Notes: generated by a model not told the origin, from the letters alone. A DNA stretch of 64,000 nt from Azolla caroliniana (GCA_043228905.1 JBHGNT010000013.1:434001-498000), one strand, 5' to 3'; positions 1-11,193 are shown, counted from the first letter of the stretch. Numbers and translations: made by a program.

Positions 1-30
1 GAGGTATCGTTTTACGACATTTGGGACGAT

Positions 31-3000
31 ATGCCTTATACTTATTCTAAGTTCCGGGAAGGAACAGATGCAGAAGCACATGTTAGGGATTTCTTAACGA
101 CATGGGAGATTAACCATGGAGCTCAGCGATTGTCGGCAGATGCCGAAGATAAGTCAAAAATCGTTGAGTTTGTCTTATCATTAGACGGATATTCCGCTAA
201 TTGGTTTGCACAGAACGGTCTTCAAGGATTTCCATCCTTCGAAGTATTAACTAGTAAATTTTTACAATTATTTCATCAACAAATTCCGCAGAAGGATTTG
301 ATTGCGCAATTTTATGCGTTATATCAAGAAAAAAATGAAACAGTATCTCAGTTTGTGATACGATTTCAGAACTTACAGCTTCAGATTTCAAGACCGATTC
401 CGGATAAAGAATTAAAAGAAGTCTTTCTAGAAGCTGTAAAAGAACCATTAAGGACGACATTGAAAGTGTTCGATTTTCGAAATCAGACTATCGAACAAGT
501 CATTGATAAAGCAATAGAAATGGGTCGACCACCGGTCAATGTTCAGAGTATGGACATGTCGGCATTACACCGTACATTACCAACAATGGAGGAGTTACAA
601 TTTCGACAAGCAGTGCAATGCACCACTTGTTTAAATACGGGGCATTCGGCAATTGACTGTACGTTAAGAACACATTGTACAATATGTCATTCAAAATTAC
701 ATTCCGTAGAACAATGTGAATATAATCTGCTTAATAAGACTACGGCGTCAGTACGACAAATTTTTGCTGACAATGGTTACCAAAATAACACTAATCTGTT
801 CAATGGTTATCAAAATAATAATTTTTCACAAAATCAGCAAAATGTACAACAGAACCCGGTTCTACAGCCAAATCAGATCTTTTCACAACAAAATTTGCAA
901 CCCACTCAAACATTTCAACCAAGTTTTGCTCAATCCAACCCACCATTCGTACAGAATCCGAATCAATATTTTCAACAAAATAATCAAAGTTTCCAACAAG
1001 GTAATCCACCATTTCAAGGGTTTCAACAGAACTGTCCGAATGTGCAACCAAATTCTACATTTCAACCAAATCCGGCATTTCAACCGGGTAATATGACTTT
1101 TCAACATAATACTCAAACTGTTCCACAAAATAATCAAATGTTTCAACAGAGTAATTTTTCGCCAAATCAGGAGTTCGGGATACCACATAATATAGTACAA
1201 CCAAATGATAATACTGAACAATTTAGGCCGAATAGGTATAAAAACAAGCGATTTTACAAACCAAAAGCTACACGTCAATACCAACAAAACTCGAATGGTA
1301 ATGAAGAGCAGCAATTTAATAACGGGCAATTTGCACATGGAGAGACCAGTGCAACATTTGTGCCCACTTGTTACATTTGTCGACAACTAGGCCACTATGC
1401 TAATCAATGTCCGGTTAAAGGAAAGGGTCCAGCAGTTAATATGGTAATACCGGAAGTTCAGCAAGTAACGACACGCAGCAAAAGCAAACAATCAGAGTGG
1501 GAAATTCAGGAAGAAGTTCGGAAGGCCGCAAAGGAATGGGTGGATGAAGCAAATCAAAGTAATGTGAATCGAATGTTACAAGATAATAACATCGACCAGG
1601 ACATCGCTGTACAACAGTCATTGGAGAATAAGGAACAGGAAGAAACTTGGAAACTGTTGGCTGATTGTCAAGTATCATTACCACTTAAGGGCTTACTTAA
1701 GTTAGTACCAAGGTTTACAGAAAAAGTGGCAGCATTAATTACATATAAAGGTTCCGAACAAATAGCAGTACACTACAATCAGCCAAGTAATAACCCTTCG
1801 ATCATGGATGAACAGAATCCGTCTATTAAGGTAATACTTTACGGGCAAGAAATCGGAAATGTGATTATAGATGGAGGCTCGGGTGTTAATGTGATTAACA
1901 AAACTACATGTGAAAAACTGGGAATCACGGAATGGGAAGCATGTCCGTTTTGGTTACGAATGGCAGATACAAGTACGGTACGACCGATTGGTTTGCTTCG
2001 ACAACTGGATGTAATAATCGGGGGACACAGTTTTCAGATTTCGGCAGTAATTTTGCAGTTAGAAGCACAGGGAGCATACCCCTTGTTATTAGGGAGACCA
2101 TGGTTAAAGACAGCTAATATTAAACAAAATTGGAAACAAAATGTGCTAACATTTAGAAAAGGAAAAAACAAGGTCAGGATTCTGACGCACAACAAAGTGA
2201 CAACAAGCAAACAGAGTTTACCTGTATATGCAGAAGCAGTTAATATGATGGAAGGATTGGACGAGGAAGAAGAAAGTCAGTATTTTAATGATAATCAAAA
2301 AATCATCCCTCTATTTGAGGTAGATATTTTGCAAGCATTAACACCATATGTAGACTCACACGAAGAAGTACCAATCGATGAGCAAACAATAAAAGAAATA
2401 CGGATGCAACAAGAAGCTACAGATAAGGAATTGCAGGTATCCCAGAGAGTGCAAGCCTCAGCATTGGAGGAAATTGATTTGGCAGGAGTAGAGGATGCTG
2501 AAAGAAAAACAATCTTGATTGCTAGAGATTTGATGGAAAATGACAAACGGACATTAACAACATTACTATTACAATATAAAGATGTTTTTGCATGGTCCTT
2601 TGACGATATGAAAGGTTTGGATCCCGCTTTTTGTCAACATCAAATCAATTTGCATAAAGATGCAAAGCCAGTACAACAACGCAGGTACAGGTTGAATCCG
2701 AATTATGCTATCAAAGTAAAAGAAGAAATCGATAAACTCTTAAAAGTAGGATTTATTCGACCCGTCAAAAAATCAACATGGCTGAGTCCGATAGTAGTCG
2801 TCCCGAAAAAGAATGGGAAAATTCGTGTATGTGTGGATTACAGAAAATTGAATGCAGCGACAATTACGGATGCGTTTCCATTGCCATTCACAGATGGGAT
2901 ATTAGATGCAGTAGCGGGACATGAAATTTATAGTTTCTTGGATGGCTTCAGTGGGTACAACCAGGTACGGATGAATCCGGAAGATCAGGAAAAGACAGCT

Positions 3001-5313
3001 TTCGTCACAGAATGGGGTGTCTTTGTGGCAGTAGTCATGATGTTCGGTTTAAAAACAGCTCCAGCTACATTTCAGCGGGTAATACAGGAAATATTCGGGG
3101 AATATATTCCAGCTTTCATGCAGGTGTTTTTAGACGATTTTGCAGTATATAGTCGGAAAGCGGATCATTTTGAGCATTTACGGCTATGTTTAGAAAAATG
3201 TCGAAAGGGGCGTCTTAGTTTAAATCCAGCCAAATGCGCATTCGGGGTAATGAGTGGTACATTACTTGGGCATATTGTCAGTCAAGAAGGGATTGCAGTG
3301 GACCCAGATAAAGTTAAAGCAATTATTGAGGCAACACCACCAACAAATGCTAAAGCTCTAAGTAGAGTTTTGGGTCAAATTCGGTGGCACAGTAGAATGA
3401 TGAGATATCTAGCAGACATTGCTATTCCGTTACACACAGCAGTACACAAAGTTCCTTTTATATGGACAAGTATAGAACAAGATGCGTACGAATGTCTCAA
3501 GAAGATGCTGACGAACGTACCGGTAGTTCAACCACCGGACTGGAACAAACCATTTCATGTTTTCGTCGATGCGTCGGACATTGCCATAGGCAGTGCTTTA
3601 ATGCAATTATCCGAACCAAACTGGTATAGGCCGGTATACTATGCCAGTAGGAAACTTTCGTCGGCCGAAAGAAACTATTCAACAACCGAAAGAGAAGCTT
3701 TGGGAATGATATATAGTGTGAACAAATTTCGACATTACCTTTTGGGTAAGAAATTTACATTTCATGTGGATCATTCGGCTTTACTGTATCTAGTTTCCAA
3801 ACAAGAATTGACAGGCAAGTTGGCCCGATGGACATTATTGCTTCAAGAGTTTGAGTTTGACATTATACACCGACCAGGAGCACAACACGCAATTGCTGAC
3901 TATCTCAGTCGGCTTGAGTCTGGAGAAGAAGCGGTTGGGGTTAAAGATGATTTTCCAGATACTCAATTATTTCGGGTGGAGGCCGTAAAAGCACATGAAG
4001 TGAATGAGGAAAAAGAGGATGAATGGATTTCCGAAATGACGATATTTCTATCAACAGGAATTCCGGCCGAACACATGTCGACAGATGAAAGAAAAAGAAT
4101 TGCAGTACGAAGTCGGAATTTTTGTTTATTTAATGACATGTTGTATCATAAAGGAGCGGATGGAATATGGCGAAGGGCAGTACGAAAATTTGAAAAATCA
4201 GCCATATTAACAGAGTCACATTGTGGAATTGCTGGTGGTCATTACGCAGGAGAAGCAACAGCCAGAAAAATATGGAATAGCGGGTTATGGTGGCCAACGG
4301 TGATGAAAGATGCTAACGAATATTGTAAAAAATGCGATTTGTGTCAAAGAATGGGGCAACCAACCGAAAAGGATCGAATGCCTTTTCAACCGGTTTTACC
4401 TCTTGAGCCATTTCAGAAATGGGGCTTAGATTTTGTTGGCCCATTCAAACCAGCAGCTGCAAGAAGCGGTAATCGATATATCATAATTGCGACTGACTAT
4501 TGCACAAAATGGGTTGAAGCAAAAGCTCTCAGGGACAATACGGCAGCATCCACAGCAAAATTCCTATATGAGTATATATGGTGTCGATTCGGTTGCCCAA
4601 TAGAATTGGTAAGCGATCAAGGCACTCATTTTATTAACAAGTTAATTAACGAATTAACCAATTACTATGCCGTAGTTCATAAGAAAAGTACGCCTTACTA
4701 TCCCCAAGCTAATGGATTGGCAGAATCGACAAATAAAACAATTCAAACAATTTTAAAGAAGATAGTGAATGAAAATCGTACTGATTGGGATCAAAAGTTA
4801 AATAGTGCATTATGGGCATATCGTACTTCGTACAAAACATCCATTAAATCAACACCTTTCCGAATGGCATTCGGACTCGAAGCCGTTATGCCAATCGAAT
4901 TTCAAATTCCGACACTTCGTATCCAAGCAACGAATAAGTTAAATGAAATAGAATCGGAGCAGATACGCAAAGAGGCTTTATTAGTATTAGAAGAAGAACG
5001 GATTCAAGCAATGTCAGCACTAGAACACAAGCAGAGACAAATCAAGGCATTCGTAAACCGACATCGAAGGAAATCGGAAGAGCAATTCGAAATTGGGAAA
5101 CCGGTATTGGTATTCCAGACGAGAATGGGACTTATGCCTGGGAAACTCCGGTATAGATGGACAGGTCCAGTATGGATAATTAATAGTAAAAATGGTACGT
5201 ACCAACTGGGATCATTAACCGGAGAGGTTTTACCAAAATGGGTAAATGGATTTCGGCTTAAACCGTATTTGGGAGATATGCCGGTAAATCCGTTTATTCA
5301 AACGGAAGAGTAA
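31..5313 (+). CDS. gag-pol: Gag-Pol polyprotein of A; intact, and the frame is open back to base 1, so the true start is upstream
   Basis: Three CX2CX4HX4C knuckles; protease IIDGGSGVN; RT LDGFSGYNQ / MMFGLKTAPATFQR / FLDD; RNase H VDASDIAIG, NYSTTEREAL; integrase HHCC plus WGLDFVG, SDQG, PQANGLAE. Confidence 0.96.
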   Translation: MPYTYSKFREGTDAEAHVRDFLTTWEINHGAQRLSADAEDKSKIVEFVLSLDGYSANWFAQNGLQGFPSFEVLTSKFLQLFHQQIPQKDLIAQFYALYQEKNETVSQFVIRFQNLQLQISRPIPDKELKEVFLEAVKEPLRTTLKVFDFRNQTIEQVIDKAIEMGRPPVNVQSMDMSALHRTLPTMEELQFRQAVQCTTCLNTGHSAIDCTLRTHCTICHSKLHSVEQCEYNLLNKTTASVRQIFADNGYQNNTNLFNGYQNNNFSQNQQNVQQNPVLQPNQIFSQQNLQPTQTFQPSFAQSNPPFVQNPNQYFQQNNQSFQQGNPPFQGFQQNCPNVQPNSTFQPNPAFQPGNMTFQHNTQTVPQNNQMFQQSNFSPNQEFGIPHNIVQPNDNTEQFRPNRYKNKRFYKPKATRQYQQNSNGNEEQQFNNGQFAHGETSATFVPTCYICRQLGHYANQCPVKGKGPAVNMVIPEVQQVTTRSKSKQSEWEIQEEVRKAAKEWVDEANQSNVNRMLQDNNIDQDIAVQQSLENKEQEETWKLLADCQVSLPLKGLLKLVPRFTEKVAALITYKGSEQIAVHYNQPSNNPSIMDEQNPSIKVILYGQEIGNVIIDGGSGVNVINKTTCEKLGITEWEACPFWLRMADTSTVRPIGLLRQLDVIIGGHSFQISAVILQLEAQGAYPLLLGRPWLKTANIKQNWKQNVLTFRKGKNKVRILTHNKVTTSKQSLPVYAEAVNMMEGLDEEEESQYFNDNQKIIPLFEVDILQALTPYVDSHEEVPIDEQTIKEIRMQQEATDKELQVSQRVQASALEEIDLAGVEDAERKTILIARDLMENDKRTLTTLLLQYKDVFAWSFDDMKGLDPAFCQHQINLHKDAKPVQQRRYRLNPNYAIKVKEEIDKLLKVGFIRPVKKSTWLSPIVVVPKKNGKIRVCVDYRKLNAATITDAFPLPFTDGILDAVAGHEIYSFLDGFSGYNQVRMNPEDQEKTAFVTEWGVFVAVVMMFGLKTAPATFQRVIQEIFGEYIPAFMQVFLDDFAVYSRKADHFEHLRLCLEKCRKGRLSLNPAKCAFGVMSGTLLGHIVSQEGIAVDPDKVKAIIEATPPTNAKALSRVLGQIRWHSRMMRYLADIAIPLHTAVHKVPFIWTSIEQDAYECLKKMLTNVPVVQPPDWNKPFHVFVDASDIAIGSALMQLSEPNWYRPVYYASRKLSSAERNYSTTEREALGMIYSVNKFRHYLLGKKFTFHVDHSALLYLVSKQELTGKLARWTLLLQEFEFDIIHRPGAQHAIADYLSRLESGEEAVGVKDDFPDTQLFRVEAVKAHEVNEEKEDEWISEMTIFLSTGIPAEHMSTDERKRIAVRSRNFCLFNDMLYHKGADGIWRRAVRKFEKSAILTESHCGIAGGHYAGEATARKIWNSGLWWPTVMKDANEYCKKCDLCQRMGQPTEKDRMPFQPVLPLEPFQKWGLDFVGPFKPAAARSGNRYIIIATDYCTKWVEAKALRDNTAASTAKFLYEYIWCRFGCPIELVSDQGTHFINKLINELTNYYAVVHKKSTPYYPQANGLAESTNKTIQTILKKIVNENRTDWDQKLNSALWAYRTSYKTSIKSTPFRMAFGLEAVMPIEFQIPTLRIQATNKLNEIESEQIRKEALLVLEEERIQAMSALEHKQRQIKAFVNRHRRKSEEQFEIGKPVLVFQTRMGLMPGKLRYRWTGPVWIINSKNGTYQLGSLTGEVLPKWVNGFRLKPYLGDMPVNPFIQTEE

Positions 5314-5366
5314 AAAAAAAAAATAAATAAATAATAAAAATAAAAATAAAAAAAAAAAAAAAAAAA
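5312..5366 (+). repeat. Poly(A)/(TAAA)n tract between pol and the extra ORF
   Basis: Directly visible; B has a (TAA)n tract at the equivalent position (15081-15126). Confidence 0.85.
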
Positions 5367-5548
5367 CTAACTAACTCACTCAATAGTTCTTGTCAAAAAA
5401 TGAAATACAATCTTGCCATAAACAGTATGAATCGACTATAAATAGAAAGAGGAATTGCATGATTATTAGTAACAAGTACAACCACTACACGTAGAGTGAA
5501 TACTAATTAATTCCTACATTAATAGTAATTACTATTCTTTAAGTCATC

Positions 5549-8176
5549 ATGCATAAATTAATATCTTTAAAACATATTTCTGTATCGTCTGTATCGCCAA
5601 AACAACGAAAACGAGTGCAGATATCGAAACAGTCTGAGCTTCCTTCGTGCCCTAGATCGCCCGAACTCTGTTTTTCTGATTTTCATCGCTACAGAAACTG
5701 TGCAGATCCGCAACTGTCATCGACAAGTGATTCAGAACAAGGAAACACAGAAGTCATGCCGATTCCTGTATCTGAAGAACTGCGATTGTGGCTTCATGAG
5801 AGAAACTTACAAGGTTTCATCAAAATAGCAGAAGCGGAACCTCATCCGCAGGCGGAAGAATTAATACAACAAATAGACATCACCAAAATCACAACAAAGA
5901 AAATACGAAATGCATTACAGATGCCAAGAGGAGGTTTTGAGGCAGTTAAAAAACCTTCATCAGAAGCACTCCAATCGTATTTCGGGGAATACTCACCCTC
6001 GGCAAAAGCATATCAGACTTATGGAGGTCGGGATGAGTTTTTTCATGAAGTGGCGAGGTTTTTACTAGAGGTGGGATTTGTCAGTCCTCGTTTTTATTGT
6101 ATGCCGAAAAAAAGGGCTGGGTTTATTATAGCCGCATATGAAAAAGAGGATTTCAACTGGCCACTATTGTCGGGGGAAGCTCTGAGAGAGCAGCTACAAG
6201 GGGTAAAAACAGGAAAACCGATGAAGCAAATTTTTGGCCGTTGGTTATCAGTATTGTTTCCGATTCAAGAATCGGAAACTCCTGTTCAGTCAAGAAGACC
6301 ACCGATAATACAAGCACCACGAAGACACCGACAGCTAGTACATGAAGAATGGATAGAAGAAGAATCGGCACATGCCGATAATATACAAACAAATATGTCT
6401 CAGTCGGAACCGCCTAGACCAGAGACTTCCGAAAACAGACAACCAGAAACAGTTGACAATTTGAGAAACAAGCAACAGCCAACAGAAAATCGACAAAGAA
6501 CAAGGATTAAACAAAAGGCTAATCGGCAATCTCAACCAGAAAACAGGGAGGGCTCAGCACCAAAAAGGCAACGCACAAATGAAAACTCGAATACGCCTGT
6601 GGTAACAGAAATACTAAAACCAGGGGATGAGAGCATTCCGACACAACCTCACCAGGGACAATCTTCAAAAGTAGCCATTCGGGAGGCACATGGATACTTG
6701 GATATTCCACCAGCAGCACATGAATTAGCGGCCATTTTGCAGTTCGGAACTTCATACGAACTGGTTGAATGGTTGGCTAAAAGACTGACAGAAGTATCAG
6801 AACGGCTGGCTCAAGAACATAATGACCGAATAATGATACAGAAAGCTTTACGAGGAGTGTTGGAACCTCAAGAAAAAGCAGAGATAGAGAAAATAGGCCG
6901 GAAAAGAAGTGCACAGCATAGAGGGGAGGCTATTGAAATGCCACCATTACAGGAAGCACTGGTCGAAATTCATAAAGAATATGAAACGGCACGCAAAGCA
7001 GCCAGTGATATGGCTGAAAGATACAAAAGTGTATCAGCATCGGCGGAGGTGCTGAAGCATCAGTTTTGTAACATACAAGCAGAAAATAAAGAACTAAAGG
7101 AAAGTCTAAACAAATGGGAAACTCAGGCACGGCTTATGGTGTCGGAATCAGAATGGCAACAGAAATTAGAAGATACGGAGAAAGCACGACAAGCAGAAAC
7201 AACAAGGGCCAACAATGCAGTATTTCGAACTATAGAATTAGAAAAACAAATAGAAACCATTCAGAATGGTCAATACAAAGCTCTCGAAGAAAAAAATCAA
7301 GTAATAAACGAATTACAGAAAAATCTAGAAGAAGCTAAGACGGCCAATCACACATATACCGAACAAATTGAAGAATTCGAAAGGTATATAGTGTCACAGG
7401 AAAGTCAATTGACAGAAAAACAGCAGAGTCTTGAAGAAGTCAACAGAAGAATGACGGAACAGCAGGAGGAATGGAGTAGAGAGAAATCGGCATTCGAACA
7501 ACAACTGGACGAAATTCGGAAGATAGCAGAACAAAGACGGTTGGATATATATGTAGTCGAATCCAAATTAATGCAAGCTGAAAGTGAGAACCGAACCACT
7601 ATTACGGATTTACAGAAAGACTTGCAAACCGCCCAGTACGTCGCAAGCATCACTAGGGACAAAGTGCAGCACATCATAGGTAAACATCGAAACCTAGCAA
7701 AGAAACTGATCGATGAATCCCTTGCGCAAGGATGGAAGTTATGGACAGCACAAGCAGCGGAATTACAGATATTGCGTGCCGACAAAAATAACCGTCAGGT
7801 ACAAGGTGCAGGTTTTTTTAAAATGGCACAAAAGGATATTGACAATATACAAGAGGATATCATGAAAGATATGGATGAAATTGCGGCATTTTACAGAGAA
7901 GAAATTCAACGTATTATGCAAGAATTCGACAAAAATGATATAGGCACTTCCGTCCAGTTGGATAAAATCGAAGCCGAAAGAACCAGCAAGACTCCTGGTA
8001 TTCAAGCTGCCGGAAGAAGTGAACCAGAGCAGCCAACCGAATCACAACCTGCTCCGGAGGAGGACTGTGACACAGACGAAGATGAAGAAGAAGATATAGG
8101 TGGAATACATCCAAGGCCAGATGAACCTTCGATTTTTGATATTCTGAACGATTCGGATGAAGAGCTACAAGAATAG
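5549..8176 (+). CDS. Extra 3' ORF of A (875 aa, env position): globular N-terminal domain, disordered linker, long coiled coil, acidic tail; function unknown
   Basis: Uninterrupted ORF between pol and the LTR; aligns by eye to B ORF pieces (YFGEYS, LIDES, ELQxLRAD, SIxDILxD). Confidence 0.85.
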   Translation: MHKLISLKHISVSSVSPKQRKRVQISKQSELPSCPRSPELCFSDFHRYRNCADPQLSSTSDSEQGNTEVMPIPVSEELRLWLHERNLQGFIKIAEAEPHPQAEELIQQIDITKITTKKIRNALQMPRGGFEAVKKPSSEALQSYFGEYSPSAKAYQTYGGRDEFFHEVARFLLEVGFVSPRFYCMPKKRAGFIIAAYEKEDFNWPLLSGEALREQLQGVKTGKPMKQIFGRWLSVLFPIQESETPVQSRRPPIIQAPRRHRQLVHEEWIEEESAHADNIQTNMSQSEPPRPETSENRQPETVDNLRNKQQPTENRQRTRIKQKANRQSQPENREGSAPKRQRTNENSNTPVVTEILKPGDESIPTQPHQGQSSKVAIREAHGYLDIPPAAHELAAILQFGTSYELVEWLAKRLTEVSERLAQEHNDRIMIQKALRGVLEPQEKAEIEKIGRKRSAQHRGEAIEMPPLQEALVEIHKEYETARKAASDMAERYKSVSASAEVLKHQFCNIQAENKELKESLNKWETQARLMVSESEWQQKLEDTEKARQAETTRANNAVFRTIELEKQIETIQNGQYKALEEKNQVINELQKNLEEAKTANHTYTEQIEEFERYIVSQESQLTEKQQSLEEVNRRMTEQQEEWSREKSAFEQQLDEIRKIAEQRRLDIYVVESKLMQAESENRTTITDLQKDLQTAQYVASITRDKVQHIIGKHRNLAKKLIDESLAQGWKLWTAQAAELQILRADKNNRQVQGAGFFKMAQKDIDNIQEDIMKDMDEIAAFYREEIQRIMQEFDKNDIGTSVQLDKIEAERTSKTPGIQAAGRSEPEQPTESQPAPEEDCDTDEDEEEDIGGIHPRPDEPSIFDILNDSDEELQE

Positions 8177-8218
8177 GCGTGGGTTCGCCGGACAAGGTCC
8201 TGGCCCACGTGCGTGCCA
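8177..8218 (+). other. tRNA-3'-half-like structured motif ending in CCA, at the PPT position of A
   Basis: GCGTGGGTTCGCCGGACAAGGTCCTGGCCCACGTGCGTGCCA, then AG, then the LTR; conserved with covariation in B. Confidence 0.7.
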
Positions 8219-8220
8219 AG

Positions 8221-8676
8221 TGTTACCCGGACCCGGACAGTCAGTTTTACCGAACAGGTGGGAAAGCGTCGAAAAACAGAGTCGGTTCGGATCGACTGTT
8301 CGGATCAATGACTCAGCAGTAAAACGAAGAGAACTAAGTTAGTTAGATAATTTTGTAAATCTTGTTAGAGAGTAGGAATAGTTCTTGATGAGAAAAGACC
8401 TTCGGTATACCTATAAAAGGGAACCAAAGGCATTGTAAGAAACGTCGTTTTATTTAGTAATATAAGTTTAAGTTAGGAATATCTTGTACGGATTCTATGT
8501 TTCTCTGTTGTCTATGATCTTAAGTGCAAGCTTCCTAATTTATAGCTAAATAACGATCACGATAATTACTGATTAATATAGCAATTCCGTTCGTAAAACA
8601 CAATTCCTTGTTAGAACGTTGAGTAGCGACGTTCACTCTTCTGTATCGGTAGTAGTTAGTAATTAGCCGATTAACA
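8221..8676 (+). repeat. 3' LTR of A (about 456 bp); end inferred
   Basis: Starts TGTTACC as the B LTR does, has a CCTATAAAAGG TATA near 8410, and ends TTAACA as the B LTR does. No partner LTR in the window. Confidence 0.7.
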
Positions 8677-9390
8677 ATTATATACACATATGGTTTGATC
8701 CCATATGAACAAACTGAGGAATAGATTAGATCAACTTTAAATACAAGTATTGAATACTTTAATAAGTTAGTTATTCCAATCACTTATCCTAATGTGCACT
8801 ATCCTACATTTTCCACAATTACATACATGCACGTATGGGTCAAAGTATAAATTATATCTCATTTTATTAGTATGGATACAAGTACACCTCATATTTTTGT
8901 AAAACTTACCTAATTAATATAAGTCTTTAAGTTAGTGTTTCCCTTGTCGCACAGTAGTGACATATTGAGCCATAGTTGAACTTTATTATGCCTACATTAA
9001 CTTATCAACATGTCTAAACTTACATGATTTCTAATGATCTCCACTCGTAGATCTATCATGTATTTTTATATTTGCAAATTCTCATCAAGTTGAGGAACAT
9101 GTGATACTAGTGCATCCAATTTTTGTAGAGAGGGTGTATTTGCTTCGTTTTAAGAAGATTCTACAAGTGGAATGTGCAATCCACTTGTGAACGCGAACGT
9201 GTTAAAAATTTATGTAGTCTATTACTATTGGATTTTTTCTACCGTGGGCGGAAGGGGAAAGATGTATTTGTTTTACCTAGCCACATAAAAGTGTCTAGGG
9301 TGGAGGTGGTCCTATTAAGAAGATAAAATAGGCTCCTACAAGGATGCACGACGTGTCTAAAGTGTTTGTTAACACGCTTAGCACGTTGTG

Positions 9391-11193
9391 CTAGTCGTTT
9401 TTTGGTTGGCTAGAGGGTGGGTTCCTATGGTGTGTGGTAGAAGAAGGATTAGTGGGGTGTGGTGTATTTCTATAATGTTTATGATTAGGATAGGAGGGAG
9501 GGATGGTGTGGTGGGTGAAAAGGGGTTTTATATTAGAGAGGGGATAATAAGAAGGGGGTTTAGTAAGATACGAGGGAGGGGTAGAGTATGAGTTAGAGGA
9601 GGGGGGTTCAACAAATGGGGTAGAAAAAGGTGGGGGGGCTGAATGAAAATTAGAAAAAGGAGGGGGAAGGGCAGTATGTGAATTAGGGGCAAAATAAAGG
9701 AGGGCTTGAGTTAGATTATCGGGAAGTAATGCAGGGGCATGGGGGAGATATGGATATAAGTGAGAGGGAGAGGGGAGGAAAGGAGACGTTTGTTCATACA
9801 AGCTGCCTCCATATGAAGAGAAAGGGGGGTGTGAGGAGCGAACAGAGAAAGGGGAGAAATTAGGGTTCTGAAAACATGAGAGGTGAGGTTGTTGTGAGCA
9901 TGGATGAGGGGTTGGAAGGAGGGGAGGTGTGAATTTCTGTCGACTGCCTTGTGCAATCCCAAACTGTGTGTCATGTAGGGAGGGGGAAGGGTGCACGAGA
10001 TGGCTGTTAAACACAGTCCCATACTCATTTAGGGGGAGAGGGAACAACTGATTAAAGAGGTTGCGACCAATTTTGGTATGTTGTTGAGTATTATGGGGTG
10101 GCTGATGTTTCTGTGATTTCCAACTATCATAGGGAGTACCATGTGTATGGTGGAGGAGCGGCGGCGGCAGCGGCGGGAAGTTCTGTTGGCAGCTTTGATC
10201 CATTTCCGAGTGTCGAAATTGTTTCCTTGATATGTGTGGCTGATGATAGTATAGTGGATGAGGTTCGGGGGTGGTGTTGGGAGCCGGAGGACTTGTATGA
10301 CGGGGGAGAACACTGGGGCTTGTCGTTGTTGCGAATGCTTGTGGTTGGCGGTAGTGGTGCGACTGATTGTTGGCAAAATGTGGGTTGTAGAAGACAACTT
10401 GAGGCCCACCAAGGTTGAGATAAGGTTTAAATGCTTGTTTGACTTCATTAGTTGTAGTGTTACAAGTGAAAAGGATGTTAGATGCTCGGTGACGAGGACG
10501 TTGCGCTTGTTTGGAGTTACTATTGGAGCGGTGGTTTGGGTTAGGGTGAGAGTTAGGAAAAGGGTCAGTGGTATTTTTGGATTTAAAGTTAGTATTTAGG
10601 TTAGAATTAGGTTCTGGGTTAGGGTTTAGGGTAAATTTTAGATTCTTTTTGGGGTTGGGTGTGGGATTAGAATTTTTGTTTAGGTTAATAGTATGGGGGA
10701 CAGAATTTTTAGTGTTATTTATCTCGGCTTCCACGGGAGCAATATACGACGGACTGTCATAAAACATTTTATTATCATTTTCTTCTTCCCCTTCATACAT
10801 TGTAATGTCTATATCTCTAATATTAGGATTATCATATTTATTTTGTGCTCTTGTTTTATCTCTAAGTTCCGTGGCTATTTTTTTAAGTGTATCATCAATG
10901 TTGTGATTTAGAGCGAAATTATCACACATTTTTAGGATTTCAGAGCCGAAATCTTGTAGTAATGTATTAATAGTTTCCTTAAAATTAGTAGGCAAAATAT
11001 ATGATGACACATTCTCAAAATGTTGGGGTTCTTGAAGGATGTTCGCAAAGTTATGTAGATCTGATCTAACGGTATTAGGGAAATTATATAGGGTTTTAGT
11101 ATATGAGTGCACTAGTAAGTCAAGATGTTTAATATAAGTACTGGTAAGATCTTTATTATATTGATTAGTGAGAGTTAGAAAGTCCTTATGCAT
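9391..11193 (-). CDS. Orphan 600-aa ORF with a helical N-terminus followed by N/P/H/S-rich low complexity; probably TE-derived
   Basis: Long ORF with strong C/A skew on the coding strand; no recognisable catalytic motif. Confidence 0.4.
   Translation of the reverse strand: MHKDFLTLTNQYNKDLTSTYIKHLDLLVHSYTKTLYNFPNTVRSDLHNFANILQEPQHFENVSSYILPTNFKETINTLLQDFGSEILKMCDNFALNHNIDDTLKKIATELRDKTRAQNKYDNPNIRDIDITMYEGEEENDNKMFYDSPSYIAPVEAEINNTKNSVPHTINLNKNSNPTPNPKKNLKFTLNPNPEPNSNLNTNFKSKNTTDPFPNSHPNPNHRSNSNSKQAQRPRHRASNILFTCNTTTNEVKQAFKPYLNLGGPQVVFYNPHFANNQSHHYRQPQAFATTTSPSVLPRHTSPPAPNTTPEPHPLYYHQPHISRKQFRHSEMDQSCQQNFPPLPPPLLHHTHGTPYDSWKSQKHQPPHNTQQHTKIGRNLFNQLFPLPLNEYGTVFNSHLVHPSPSLHDTQFGIAQGSRQKFTPPLLPTPHPCSQQPHLSCFQNPNFSPFSVRSSHPPFSSYGGSLYEQTSPFLPSPSHLYPYLPHAPALLPDNLTQALLYFAPNSHTALPPPFSNFHSAPPPFSTPFVEPPSSNSYSTPPSYLTKPPSYYPLSNIKPLFTHHTIPPSYPNHKHYRNTPHPTNPSSTTHHRNPPSSQPKND

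Larger units (their letters stand above)
1..8676 (+). mobile_element. Element A: non-chromovirus Ty3/gypsy LTR retrotransposon (Athila/Tat-related) with an extra 3' ORF; 5' end lies outside the window
   Basis: Gag-PR-RT-RH-INT domain order in ORF 31-5313, second ORF 5549-8176, LTR starting TGTTACC at 8221; homologous throughout to element B. Confidence 0.93.

Noticed and set aside
5549-8176. True retroviral envelope gene
   Set aside because: No signal peptide or transmembrane segment is visible; the protein is mostly coiled coil and disordered.
8677-9010. Possible minus-strand copia LTR fragment starting TGTTGATAAG at 9010
   Set aside because: No partner LTR, PBS, PPT or TSD supports it.
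10533-10645. Interstitial telomere repeats (TTAGGG/TTTAGGG-like)
   Set aside because: Only a few degenerate units, explained by Asn-Pro codons on the minus strand.
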